Shown: positions 25,253 to 36,800 of the stretch, in pieces | Layout of the letters: each line of letters starts with the position of its first letter | Position numbering within the stretch: the first letter of the stretch is position 1 | Origin: a virus | Taxonomy: Duplodnaviria; Caudoviricetes | Strand: one strand, 5' to 3' | Virus record (IMG/VR): IMGVR_UViG_3300042564_000827 | Span: 1-46,003 of that record | Length of the DNA: 46,003 bases | Notes under the pieces: model-generated | What the model saw: only the letters and a program-made list of their open reading frames with translations | The model's database searches: none | What the model was told of the DNA's origin: nothing | Translations under genes and position numbers: made by a program

Positions 25253-28200
25253 TTAAATATTTCCTAATTTTACTCGTAATACACTGTTATTATAGATCTC
25301 AATACCATTTGTAGTAATCAATACACCATTAGTTGTACTTGCACCAGTACCAACTTTAATTGTATCGGTAACTGTAAGATTACCTGTATTAGTGGTGATT
25401 GCCGATAAACTACCAACTTTTAAAGCACTTAAATAAGGTATGCCTTGCCATGTAGTTGAATTAACACCTGCAGCTGGATTATATAACCCATCTACTTGAT
25501 ACAAAAACTGACCTGCAGTTAAACTTGCAGGAGATGCAGTTTGCCAAGTAACTCCTGGAAACCAAGTTCCTGCAGTAGGTAAGCTATCACCAGCAACAGT
25601 TAAGCTAGAAGGTGTAGAACTAGGTGTAGTTGTAGTAACAGCATATGCAACTCTTGCGCTAGCACCTTGTGGTCCAGGTGTTGTAGAGACTGCTCCTGGC
25701 TCTCCTTTAATTTTAGCCCATGTGTATGAACTCACAGAAGTAGAATCTGCAGCAGTGCTATCAGTATATGTACCAATATAGTCACCTACAGTTTCTCCGC
25801 CATTTGCTGTAAAAGTAGAACCATTATCATTACTGTATTTAATATGCAAATAGCTAGAGATCCCAGGGTCTCCATCATCATACTCTACACCCTTTTCAGG
25901 AACAAATTTAACTCCAGCACCATATGTATAATCTGCTGCCCCATTAGCTTTAGTTCCAGTTCTGATATACAAATCACCAGCTAATGGTGTATCATGCCAA
26001 CTACTATTATTTGCAGAATACTGAACCTTAATACTAGTACCATTAATACCATCGAAATAATCTACACCTTTTACTGGTGTAACACCATTTACCGCATAAT
26101 AACTTTCTGCCACAATACTTGCAGTAACCCAATTGATTGTTGTTGTTAGATTTACAGATGAGTCAGATAAATTAACTACTGCAACCCATAATGTTTGACC
26201 ATTCAAACCTACGCTAGATGTTGGAGGTGAAGTAGTCCAACTATTTAAACCACTATAAGAATATGAACCACTTGCCCAAGTATACAAATTAGTACCAGTA
26301 GGTCCAGCTGGAATTGTCAAGGCAGGTTTATACAGTTTTACTTGAGCAACATTAAGCCCATTTATACCTGCAGAACCATTCTGACTAAAGGATGAAACAT
26401 TGACGTTAGTAGTCCAATCAACATCTGTGCTAGTGGCTGAAGACAAAGCTGTAATAGTTTTTGTTGCAATCCATAGCTTTAATAATGGAGTTCCTGGATT
26501 AGTTGGTACTGTTACTTGCCAATTATTTGCACCAGTATATGTAGCATTGGCTGCAGTACTCCAAGTGTATGTACTTGTACCTGTTGGATTTGATGGTTGT
26601 GTAGATGCCCATTGATACAAATAAACAGCAACAGATTTACTACCGCCAGCTCCTGTTTTACTCTTAGCTATTGAATAAACCTTATCAATAGTAATACCGT
26701 TATACACAGCCCGTAATGTTGCTGTTCCAGTATCTGCACTCATTGCCGATATTGTGTATACACCCGTAGCAGCAATTTCAATAGTAACTCCAGTAGAAGA
26801 ATTAACAGAATACACTACTGCAGCATCTCCTGTTTTGTCTACAATACCATCAAATACTTTAAATGTGCCACCTGTATTAGCAAAGCTTGCAACTGTACCG
26901 TCTGTAGCTGCAGATACTGTAGCTGCTTCATTGGTTAGCAAACCAGTCACAGAAGTAGTACCTGCATTTGACTTAGAAATACTAATTTCCTTAGTTAGTA
27001 CTAAAGTACCAATTGTAGCTGTAACTGATATCTTTGCATATTGGGCGGCTACTGCAGTAATAGTAATTGTATTACCTAATATAGTAGCAGTACAACCAAC
27101 GGATGAAATACCATATGTAACACCTGTTGTTAGCTCAGTATCACCCTTGGTTACTTTGATAGTAACTGTTTTAGGTAATTGACCTGCATTAGGTACACCT
27201 AATTTATCACAAGTTAAACTTATTGAGTCATTAGACAATGACATTAAATACACGGATGAAACAGCAGGAGTTAATGTGATTAAACCTGTAGTTGTTATCT
27301 CAGACAACTTACCTTGTTTTGTAAGTGTACGAACACCAAAGATTGCAGATGTAAGAGTCAAGGCTGGTAACGTAAATTGTGATTCACTTGATCTACCTAA
27401 TTCTGTCCAAAGAATAGTTCCATCAGCAAGAACATTTCCTGGCTTATACATATAAATAATAAAGGATGCAAACTCAGGAGATGAACTATCATCCCAGTTT
27501 AAAGAACCAACTGAGCTTAGTATATTTACAGATTCTGCTGTAAACACTAGATTACGAGGTTGATCTACTGTAAAGTTATATACGTTTGCAGGTTTAAGAT
27601 ACTCATCATCTTTAACATTCCATGCAAGTTGTGTATAATCAAATCTAGTAGCAGTTACTTCACAAGTAGACTCTTCTGAAACTTTAACTTGATTTACCCT
27701 TAAATATAAAGGAGTTGTTCCACCAAGTTTTAAGGTAGTACTATTAAGTCTAATGAAATCTCCTGGCTCTAGGAAATTATTCTTAATAATATATTTGAAT
27801 GTAATACCAAATGCTGTTCTACTTGTTCTTACAAGTTCTTCTGCTTTGGCTAATGCGTGGTAGTAGTCTGTAACACCTTCTGCAAAAATATCTGTTTCAA
27901 ACTCTAAACCACCATCTTCTGTTTTCATTGTATCATAAATAGCAGATGTTGTAGTAGTAGATATAAAATCTGTATAGGCATCACTTCTAGTTGTCCATAC
28001 AATAAAGTTGTTTAATGTAAGTTTTGCAGCAACACCTTTTTCACCACCAGTATCCCCACCTACTACTAACACAGAATAAATTGTATCTGCAACTAAAGGA
28101 ACTGAAGCTGTTTTTACTGAGCCTAAATCATCTCTTACACCAGTAGTTAATACTGGAATGCCAGTAGATGTATTTGTAATTGTAACTGCAATGGTATCAT

Positions 28201-29680
28201 CACCAGTATATTGTAAAGTGTATGTACCAGATTCTTTAACAACAAATTTATAATTTAAAGTAGTTGAGCTTGTACTTCCAGACCAGACTGCGTAACTATT
28301 TAATAATTGTCCACCTGAAGTGCTACTCTCAAAGTTACCTCTTACAGGATACTTAAACCCTCCAATACCCCTCAAGGAATTACCTGAAGTTTTGGGAGGC
28401 CATGATACTGTGTCTTCTTTAAAGTTTTCAGATTCATTATGGAATCTTACGATGCAATGATTAAGTCTTTCACTTGAACTTGGCCAATTAATTTGTATGT
28501 CATCATCTAAAACTAAATCATCATCTGTTAATGTAGTTGCAACATTAATAGCCGCATTAGATGTGGGGTATTGCAAGTTAAGTTTATATTTACCACCCGA
28601 CCACACAAGTCTAGCATCACCCATTGTAGAAAGAATACTCTCTACATTTTCACGAATTGGTTTTTCAGTATCAACAATGATATTACATTCGTATAGAGGT
28701 AAAGCTCTTGTTGAAACGTTTCTATATCCATCTGTAGTTTGCCAAATCTTACCACCAACAAGTGTACTTGATTGAACTGTAGTATCACAAATTATAGCAG
28801 AATCATAGAATGATTTTAAGTCTAATTTTACTAATGCCAGAGATTTACCCGACACATCATCTGTTAAATAATCTAGTAAACACAATGCAGGATTATTAGA
28901 GTAAGTTCTTGTAGAACTCAAAGAATAAGTATAGTTAGGGGCCGTACCTGTACGAACTACAGATTTTACTTTACGACCTTCAATAAAGAATTGTGCTAAA
29001 GGTACTCCATTAAACTGTGGTTGATCTCTGTTTAATTTTATAATTACAGAGGCATAGGCCAATCCAGTGTCATTCTTTTTAATTGTAAATTTAGAATCTC
29101 TACGATCACTAAAGTTAGCAGTCATTATGCTATCGGCAATAGGTGTATTACCGTAATGTAAGTCAATTCTAATTCCAGATTTTAAATCAGTTCTAGTTTG
29201 GATATCTGAAACCCAAGTATCCCCTACATTAGACCCTGCATCATATGTTACTAATGAAGAGTTACTGATGTCTGAATCGTTTAAATATCTTGATTCTTCA
29301 AAAACTACATCGTAAATAGCATTAATTGGACCTTGGCATAAGGCTTGTTGAAAGAATAAATATTCATTCTTTTCACCAATTAAATTTCCATTAAAACCAT
29401 CTGTTACAAAAGCCTTATCAGAGTTAGGTGTAACATAATTAAAGTTATTGGCAATATTGTGATACACACGAACTCCACCAACTTTTGCTCTACCATAAAT
29501 TAGAGGTAAATGAACTGCTTCACCCTCAACAACTAATTCAAAGCCTTTCCTAGCTTCCGCTGCAGCTGCGGCAGCCTTTCTCATCTTCCTTGCCTGGGAG
29601 ATTTGATAAGCAATAGATGCAACAGTTATAATGGTACTCAATGATACCATATAACCAAAAATAGCAACTTCTATTCCCAT
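25253..29680 (-). CDS. Central tail tip / host-specificity protein (lambda J-like)
   Basis: LPLIYGRAKVGG, ALCQGPI, YSNNPALCLLDYL, FLEPGD, C-terminal RVKLGNI; probable start 29680 (TAATG overlap). Confidence 0.85.
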   Translation of the reverse strand: MGIEVAIFGYMVSLSTIITVASIAYQISQARKMRKAAAAAAEARKGFELVVEGEAVHLPLIYGRAKVGGVRVYHNIANNFNYVTPNSDKAFVTDGFNGNLIGEKNEYLFFQQALCQGPINAIYDVVFEESRYLNDSDISNSSLVTYDAGSNVGDTWVSDIQTRTDLKSGIRIDLHYGNTPIADSIMTANFSDRRDSKFTIKKNDTGLAYASVIIKLNRDQPQFNGVPLAQFFIEGRKVKSVVRTGTAPNYTYSLSSTRTYSNNPALCLLDYLTDDVSGKSLALVKLDLKSFYDSAIICDTTVQSSTLVGGKIWQTTDGYRNVSTRALPLYECNIIVDTEKPIRENVESILSTMGDARLVWSGGKYKLNLQYPTSNAAINVATTLTDDDLVLDDDIQINWPSSSERLNHCIVRFHNESENFKEDTVSWPPKTSGNSLRGIGGFKYPVRGNFESSTSGGQLLNSYAVWSGSTSSTTLNYKFVVKESGTYTLQYTGDDTIAVTITNTSTGIPVLTTGVRDDLGSVKTASVPLVADTIYSVLVVGGDTGGEKGVAAKLTLNNFIVWTTRSDAYTDFISTTTTSAIYDTMKTEDGGLEFETDIFAEGVTDYYHALAKAEELVRTSRTAFGITFKYIIKNNFLEPGDFIRLNSTTLKLGGTTPLYLRVNQVKVSEESTCEVTATRFDYTQLAWNVKDDEYLKPANVYNFTVDQPRNLVFTAESVNILSSVGSLNWDDSSSPEFASFIIYMYKPGNVLADGTILWTELGRSSESQFTLPALTLTSAIFGVRTLTKQGKLSEITTTGLITLTPAVSSVYLMSLSNDSISLTCDKLGVPNAGQLPKTVTIKVTKGDTELTTGVTYGISSVGCTATILGNTITITAVAAQYAKISVTATIGTLVLTKEISISKSNAGTTSVTGLLTNEAATVSAATDGTVASFANTGGTFKVFDGIVDKTGDAAVVYSVNSSTGVTIEIAATGVYTISAMSADTGTATLRAVYNGITIDKVYSIAKSKTGAGGSKSVAVYLYQWASTQPSNPTGTSTYTWSTAANATYTGANNWQVTVPTNPGTPLLKLWIATKTITALSSATSTDVDWTTNVNVSSFSQNGSAGINGLNVAQVKLYKPALTIPAGPTGTNLYTWASGSYSYSGLNSWTTSPPTSSVGLNGQTLWVAVVNLSDSSVNLTTTINWVTASIVAESYYAVNGVTPVKGVDYFDGINGTSIKVQYSANNSSWHDTPLAGDLYIRTGTKANGAADYTYGAGVKFVPEKGVEYDDGDPGISSYLHIKYSNDNGSTFTANGGETVGDYIGTYTDSTAADSTSVSSYTWAKIKGEPGAVSTTPGPQGASARVAYAVTTTTPSSTPSSLTVAGDSLPTAGTWFPGVTWQTASPASLTAGQFLYQVDGLYNPAAGVNSTTWQGIPYLSALKVGSLSAITTNTGNLTVTDTIKVGTGASTTNGVLITTNGIEIYNNSVLRVKLGNI

Positions 29681-30255
29681 TATACTTTCCCCCATTTAAG
29701 TTGTAATTGCCCAGAACCTTCATATATTTGATCACAAGAAGTGTCAGAAGGATCTCTACTACGCATAGAATCTTTTGTAGTATATATTGGCCTACGGAAA
29801 TCAAGATCTCCCATAGGACTGGAACAAGTTACATTTAAGATTGAATTACCAATCTCAGCCGTATTAATACTATAACCTGTCCCATCTATAGTTCCACTAT
29901 AAATTAAAATAGTATCATTAAGATTTAGTTCTGGTAACTTAGTTGTTGGATTAACAAAACCAAGCCTAACTTCAACTGTTTTTCCTACAAGGCCGTAATC
30001 TGCAGCAGGACCATTTGTAAAGTCAGGATCTGCAAAGCTAATCTTATATATTTCTCGATCAACCACGCTTGATAATTGTGGTGGGTCTACTGAAACTAAT
30101 TTCCCATCATTAGGGTATGTTACTCCGTTACTTAGAGTAATATCTCTAAAATAAGAAGTTGTCCTATATAAACCAGTTTGAATATCTACTAAGTAGAATG
30201 CTTCAATAGTTGGGTTAGAAAGGATTTGAATTACAGTTGAACTAAACTCTATCAT
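29680..30255 (-). CDS. Minor tail / hub protein
   Basis: Position between distal tail and tip; ends LKWGKV. Confidence 0.65.
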   Translation of the reverse strand: MIEFSSTVIQILSNPTIEAFYLVDIQTGLYRTTSYFRDITLSNGVTYPNDGKLVSVDPPQLSSVVDREIYKISFADPDFTNGPAADYGLVGKTVEVRLGFVNPTTKLPELNLNDTILIYSGTIDGTGYSINTAEIGNSILNVTCSSPMGDLDFRRPIYTTKDSMRSRDPSDTSCDQIYEGSGQLQLKWGKV

Positions 30256-30851
30256 AATTTCTCCACTAATCTTATTTGACCAGTATCCATTAGGATACCA
30301 TCACTATACACCATACCAGATACTACATCAGTATCATACATACATAACATCTGTACATCATCACTATAAGTCATAGTACCTATGGCACTTGAGACTAGTG
30401 GTGGAAACACATTAATTGTATTATTAATACCCGTAATGAAATTTACATTTGTTGTTGTCATATACACTTTTGAATGATTAGAAAATCTTACAAATGTGCC
30501 TTTAGGGATAAGCCCACTTAAACCAGAAATAGTAATTAAGGTAGAACCAGCAACTCCTGTTGCAGTGGCTGTACCAACAGCAGTTCTTGCTTTTACAACT
30601 CCATGATTTTGTGGTACAATTATTGTTACTATTTCAGAATAACCCTTAGTCACTAAGTTAACCATTAGGTCTTGAGCATTAGTCGCAAGAGGTTCAAGGC
30701 CAGCGTTTATTTCCCAACGTTGAGCACTCCTACGACTAATAAATCTCTTTAGTGAAAGGGTATCTGAAACGAAAACTGGTTGATTACTCCTAAGAGTCAG
30801 TGGCGCTACAAATTTTGCAATCACCACTCCATTTTCATAGATACCATACAT
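30252..30851 (-). CDS. Distal tail protein
   Basis: Immediately after the tape measure; AQRWEI and FSNHSKVYM motifs. Confidence 0.65.
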   Translation of the reverse strand: MYGIYENGVVIAKFVAPLTLRSNQPVFVSDTLSLKRFISRRSAQRWEINAGLEPLATNAQDLMVNLVTKGYSEIVTIIVPQNHGVVKARTAVGTATATGVAGSTLITISGLSGLIPKGTFVRFSNHSKVYMTTTNVNFITGINNTINVFPPLVSSAIGTMTYSDDVQMLCMYDTDVVSGMVYSDGILMDTGQIRLVEKL

Positions 30852-30855
30852 AATT

Positions 30856-33800
30856 TTACCTTATTCCTTTCTCTCTATTGTGAGAGTTAACCCCTTCAGC
30901 AATAGATGGGAGCATTCTATAAATCTCTGATTTTGTTTGACGACTGATATCACCAGTAATATTTAAATTTACAACTTGTTGACTTGAATTATTCATAGCA
31001 GCAGCTACTCTAGATTGTTGAGCTTCATTTAAAATAATTTCACCAGCATGAGCTAGAACTGGGGTTACTCCAGAACCATTACTAGGTATAGCTCCACCTT
31101 CAGCAAATCCAGGCAAGAAACTAAATAATGAACTAAATCCTGAGAAACCTTTACTAAAGAAATCTCCAATACCGCTCCCAAAGCCTTTTATTTTATCAGT
31201 AATGCCACTAAATAATCCACCACCTGCGCCATCTGTTTTAAATAAACTGCCTGGTCCAGGTACTACTGTAACTGGAATTGGGGCCTTAGTTGGTCCACTT
31301 AGTATACTTAAAAGTCCATCTGGCTTACCTGTATCTAAGTTAGGTGTGGCAGTTGATGGCAATAATTTGCTTAATAAACCACCTGAAATTTCTCCAACCT
31401 GTCCAGTACCACCAAAGATGTTAGCAAAGAAGTCTCCACTAAAAACACTATCAGTTAGTCTACTTGTAAATGAATCTACAACTTTACCAGTAAAAGAATC
31501 TACCACTAAAGTACCAAATTCTTTACCCGTAATTTTACCTTTTAAAAGATCTGATAGTCCAGATTTAAAGTCACCAACAAATGCTCTGGATAAGTCTCCA
31601 CCTAATTGCTTAGATGCAGGAGATGCAAATTGTCCAGGAGCCCTTGGGTCTCTTGTCTCTGGTGCTAATTGATTTAATCGTTCACGGATTAAGACAGAAA
31701 CTTGTTTAACAAAATCTTCTGCTAAAATCTTTTGAGCAGGATCCTCTTGTGCAGAAACTAATGCACTTGTTATCTGAGCCTGTAAACTATTTAATGTAGA
31801 AAGAATATCAAGGTTCTTTAAAATATTAACAGTTAATTGTTGATCAAATAAAGGATTCTTAGACGCATCAACACCTAAACCTTCTACAATCAAGTTTTTA
31901 ATTCTATCAAAAGTTTGCTTATCTACTCCGCCAGCACCATCAGTTCTAAATTGAGGCGTTGTACCCTGAGTTCTTGATATCTTAACATCTGTAGCAAGTT
32001 TACCCAAATCACTAGATAAGGGTTTAATCTTTTGTGATAACTCTTGGATACTTACAGTTCCAATAGCAAGACGTATAGCCCAGTTATCTACAGTATCTAA
32101 AGATTTCTTAAAGGATACTGCAAGTTCTTCTGAATTATCTGCTAAATCTTTATTTTCTGATTTAAGTTTTACAAGGGTATTAAAGAAATCCTCTAGATCA
32201 ATGTTTATACTCTTTCCACCAATAGTTAATGTTTGTTTATTTTGTGTAGGATTAATTTGAGATAATGTAGAACCAATCGGACTTCGAGTACCATTAGCAA
32301 ATCCTGGCATACCTCTATTAATACTTTGTAATAAAGGAAGATGCTCAGAGGTTGACTTTGCATTAACTACAAATTCACCATTTGAAAGTCTAGCAAGGAT
32401 AGAGTCTGATCTGCCATTACCTGGACCTGATATTTTTCCACCATCAGCAAATTGTTTGGTAAACAGTACTTTAAAACCATCTTTCTTAATTCTGCCCTTT
32501 AGCTTACCACCAAATAGATCAAGATCTACACCTGATAAAGCACCTTTATTTACAGCATCTGAGGCCGTAAGTACTGTATCATTTTCATTTTGGAAATAAG
32601 CACCAATGTTAGATTTAACATTTTCTGTAAGATGTCTAGTTAGCTCTCTACGCATCTCACGAGAACCAAGCATTAACTTTTCATCAGTAGTCAATTGTTT
32701 TGTAAAACTCTGATTTTTAATAAAGGATGCGCCATCAAACTTACCAATATTTAAACCATCAGTTTCAATATTAGGTGTTTTAATAAAGTTAATAGGTTCT
32801 TCTGTACCATCTGCATAAGCAGGTAAACCAAGTAATCTACCAATTAATGTTCTTGCTACTCGTTTCTTAGCGGCAGGATCACTATTATTATTATTGATTG
32901 CAGTCTCTAATTCTTTTTCTTTTGCCTCATCAATACCATCAGCCATGTTTAACCTAGGAGCTTTAAACATTTCTAGAATGTCACTCCAAGTTGTATTACC
33001 TTCCCTTACAGCTAATACAGGTGGGCTAATTTGTTTAGCCATTGCAGATCGCATTAAATTAGCTTCTGCTTGTCTACGACTTGCATATCTAGTATTGGAG
33101 CTTTCAAATCTTTCTGCAGCTTTATCGTAATGACCTCTAGATGCATCTCTAGCAGCAAACATTAACCAATCTTTAGTAAATAAAGAACCATACTGGTATT
33201 TAGCAGAAGTAAATGCAGTTCTTACTTCTTTTGGTAATTTATCAAACTCTATTCCAGGTACTTCTGCAAGTGAATTAAATTCATTAGCTGTTTGTTTAGC
33301 AAATAGAGGAATAACTTTAGAATCAATTAACTCTGCGTCTGAACTAGAGATATTTAATGGTTTTTTCTTTAATGCTCTTTGTGCCTCAAATCTTTTCTTA
33401 CCAAGATAAGGTTTTAATTTATCAACTAAGTTTTCAGGCAATCCTAAATTTCTGAGGTATTTTACATCTTTAGATCCAAGGTCTAATCCAGATGCAATAG
33501 TAACACCAGAAGATTCAATAGGTACTCCTCCTTTTCCAGAAGGTACATAACCTTTGGTCTTAGGTGAAGAGTCTCCGCCATTCTCCATTCTTCTAATAAA
33601 ATCAATATCTATTAGTCCACCATTTTGAAATGCTGGTAAACCACTATTGATACTTTGTAATAGAGGGAGATTTTGTGCCGTAGCCTTGGCATTAACAACA
33701 AATTCACCATTAGATACTCTTGCTAGGATTGAGTCAGAACGTCCTGTTCCTGGACCACTAAGTCGTCCACCGTTAGCTCTACGCTGTTGGGGGTTAATTG

Positions 33801-36800
33801 GTGCCGCTGGTTGATTAAATGATTTATCAACAAAGAAGTTCTTTATATCTCTAGCCCTTGCTAAGGCATAATCAAATGAAGATCTAATACCTGATCCAAT
33901 AGTATCAAATATAGCTCCAAACATATCTCCTAAGCCATAGGAGAAAGCCTTAAATTGTTCACCTAACCAGTGTACGAATCTAGTTACTCTGCCCTCAATA
34001 CCTTTAGCATCTTTATCACCAAACAATGCGTAGTATATCAAGGAACTACCTGCTGCAACACCTAAACCAACAAGTAAAACAGGTAAGCTTAAGGCGGCAA
34101 CAATAGCAGCAACAACGCTACCTACTGCGGCTAGGATTGCTGCTGTTGGTGGGAATAAAGCTGCAGACAAGACAGTAGCAATTGCTGCACGCTTCAATGC
34201 CATAATAATAGCAGGTGCAACTATAGCTGATACCCAAGTGGCAAAAGCAGCTGTTCCAGCACTGATAGCCCATCCTGTCATAAAGATAGCACCAACTGTT
34301 GTACCTAGCTTAAGCCATGTGCTCTCTACGTTTAAGCTTTCGTTAATAGCATCTGCAATATGTGAGCCAATAAAGATTCCAGCTAAACCAGCTGCAATAC
34401 CAAATGCTCCACTAAATGCTTTTCCTAAGAATGTACCTGAAGTAGCTGCGGCAGGTGCTGCACCAGCGTTAGCGGCTGGTGAAAAGATTTTAGAGAGAAT
34501 AAAGAAGTTCAAAAGTTCTTTTGCTACTACGGCAATCAAACCTACCATCTTTCCAGAGGCAATAGCTAATGCTGCAGTGCCAAATAACAAGCCTACAATA
34601 AATCCACCTTGGCTTGGTAAGAATCCTTCAATACCTAAACCTTGTGCAATTGACTGACCGAATTCAGCAATCTTATCTTTTAATTTTGACAGTCCATCAA
34701 TTAAATCAGCATCATCTCCAAAGACTAACTTAAAGACAAGTGTTGCCACAGCAATTTGTCTAAATCCTTTATTAAATGCAACTAATAAACCAGCAATAAT
34801 AATATCTTGAATGTCTTCTTCAAATGTTGTTTTAATTCCATCAGTTAGGGCTCGTCTAACAATACGACCAAATGTTTCGCCTAATGATTGGAATACAGAG
34901 GAAAATATTGCAGTACTTGAAATACCATTCTTGAATACATTAATTGCATCATCTACAATATCAAAAAGGTTTTCTCTCAAAGAGTCTAGTGACAAATTAG
35001 AGAGTTTCTTTTGTACATCTAGTCTAAATTCAGCAAATGAAATTTCAAATTTAGGTAAATCTATTTTAGCAAATGCTCCTTGAAGCTTAGAGGCTAAGTT
35101 TGAAAGCTCTCCAACTCCAGGCATAAGTACACTAAATACTTTGCTTAATGCATTAGCAACTTTACCGAAAGTATCTCCTGAAGATCTCTTGGCAAACTCA
35201 GCAAAATTCCTAATAGCCCTACCTATAGCAGCTAATGCAGAATCAATAATGGAGCTGGACTTTGATAACCCAGAACCAGCTAAATCCTTAATTGCACCTA
35301 CTACATCAGAGAAGAACTTTTCAATAAAGTTTAATGCTCCAATATCTTTGATTACCTTGATTTCTAAATCAATCTTTTCTTTCCACATAAAGAAAGCATC
35401 TTTGATATCAAGAAATACGTCTTGGATATAGTCTGCAAATCTAGCAATTCCAGGAAATGCTAATCCATAAAGTCTATTAGACCAATCAGCAATACCTTTA
35501 ATTGTATCAGGCCAATAGGAGTTACCTACAACGGCATCGTATACATCAAAGAAAACTTTCTTGACGAATCTACCAAAATCAAATATTGTATTTTGTACTT
35601 TACTTAATTCAGGCAAATAATCTGAAAGATTTAAACGGTACTTAGAAAAGTCTGGTAACCATCCTGTAAAATCTATTCTAGTTGTTGTCTTTTGAAAATC
35701 TTGAATTACATTTTTAGCTCTTAAAAATCCAATTTGAAGCTGTAATATAAATAGTTTAAATTGTGTTACTGCAACAGTAAGATCGTTTCTTACATATCTT
35801 GTTAACAAATTGATGCTGCTTGTAATCGCATTAGTAACACTAATAATAATATCTTTAATTCCAGTACTGTTAATTACAGCATCTTGAAATCCCTTAACAG
35901 CATCGCCTAAGTTAGAGAATGCGCCTGATAAGCTATTAGTTTGTTTCCTAGCAATTCCACCAAAGCCTTGTGTAGACATTGCAAGTTTATTAAATGCAGA
36001 GTAAACCTCTTCAAAGGTAAGATTACCCTGGGCCATTTTATCTGACCATTGAGACCAAGATTTACCTGCAGCTGCTGCAACCTTTTGTAGACTAATACCT
36101 GCGGTTGTAAGAGGTTCTAATCGTTCATAGGTAACTCTACCTTCAGCCGCCATACGAGCAAAGGCTTCAGCTACTCGTTGAATCTCATAGTCTCCACCAC
36201 CAACAGCCGTTACAGCATTGGCGATGGCTTCCAGTCCATTAAGTATATCACCATTAGTTTGTAACAAGCCACTGCCTGTGTTTGCTAATCGTGCATAAGA
36301 ATCTGTAAGAGCATCAACACTAAACTTAGTTTGTGCAGCAAATGTTTGGATATCAGAGAATGCTCTTTGAGCCTTATTCAATGAGCCTGTAGCTACATTA
36401 AGTCGTGTTCTTAAACTCTCAAATGTTTGAGCAGTACGTAACATAGAGTTACCTAATAGTGTTACTGCGCCCACAGCAAAAGCTGATTTTAATGTTGTAC
36501 CTAACTTAGAGGCACTCACATTAATATTGCTAATGTTTTTATTTATTTGTTCGGTTTGTGATAAAGTAGTATTGAGTGACTTATCATCAAATAGCTTATA
36601 TTTTGGTAGCTTCTGTAATTTAGAGTTTAAGTCTTTTATGCTACCGCTTAATTTCTCTAGTTTAACTTGATCATCATTTAGATCAAGAATTTTGGCTTTC
36701 TTGCTATTTTTAGTAGCATCATCTTGCACCTTCTTTAGTAGACTTCGCAGTCTATCTATGTCTTCGGATGCCTTTCTCGTGTCTGCCGTGACTTTAATTT

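Noticed and set aside
6298-29680. Diversity-generating retroelement or invertase-based fibre switching
   Set aside because: No reverse transcriptase or recombinase, and no adenine-specific TR/VR pair or inverted cassette seen in this window
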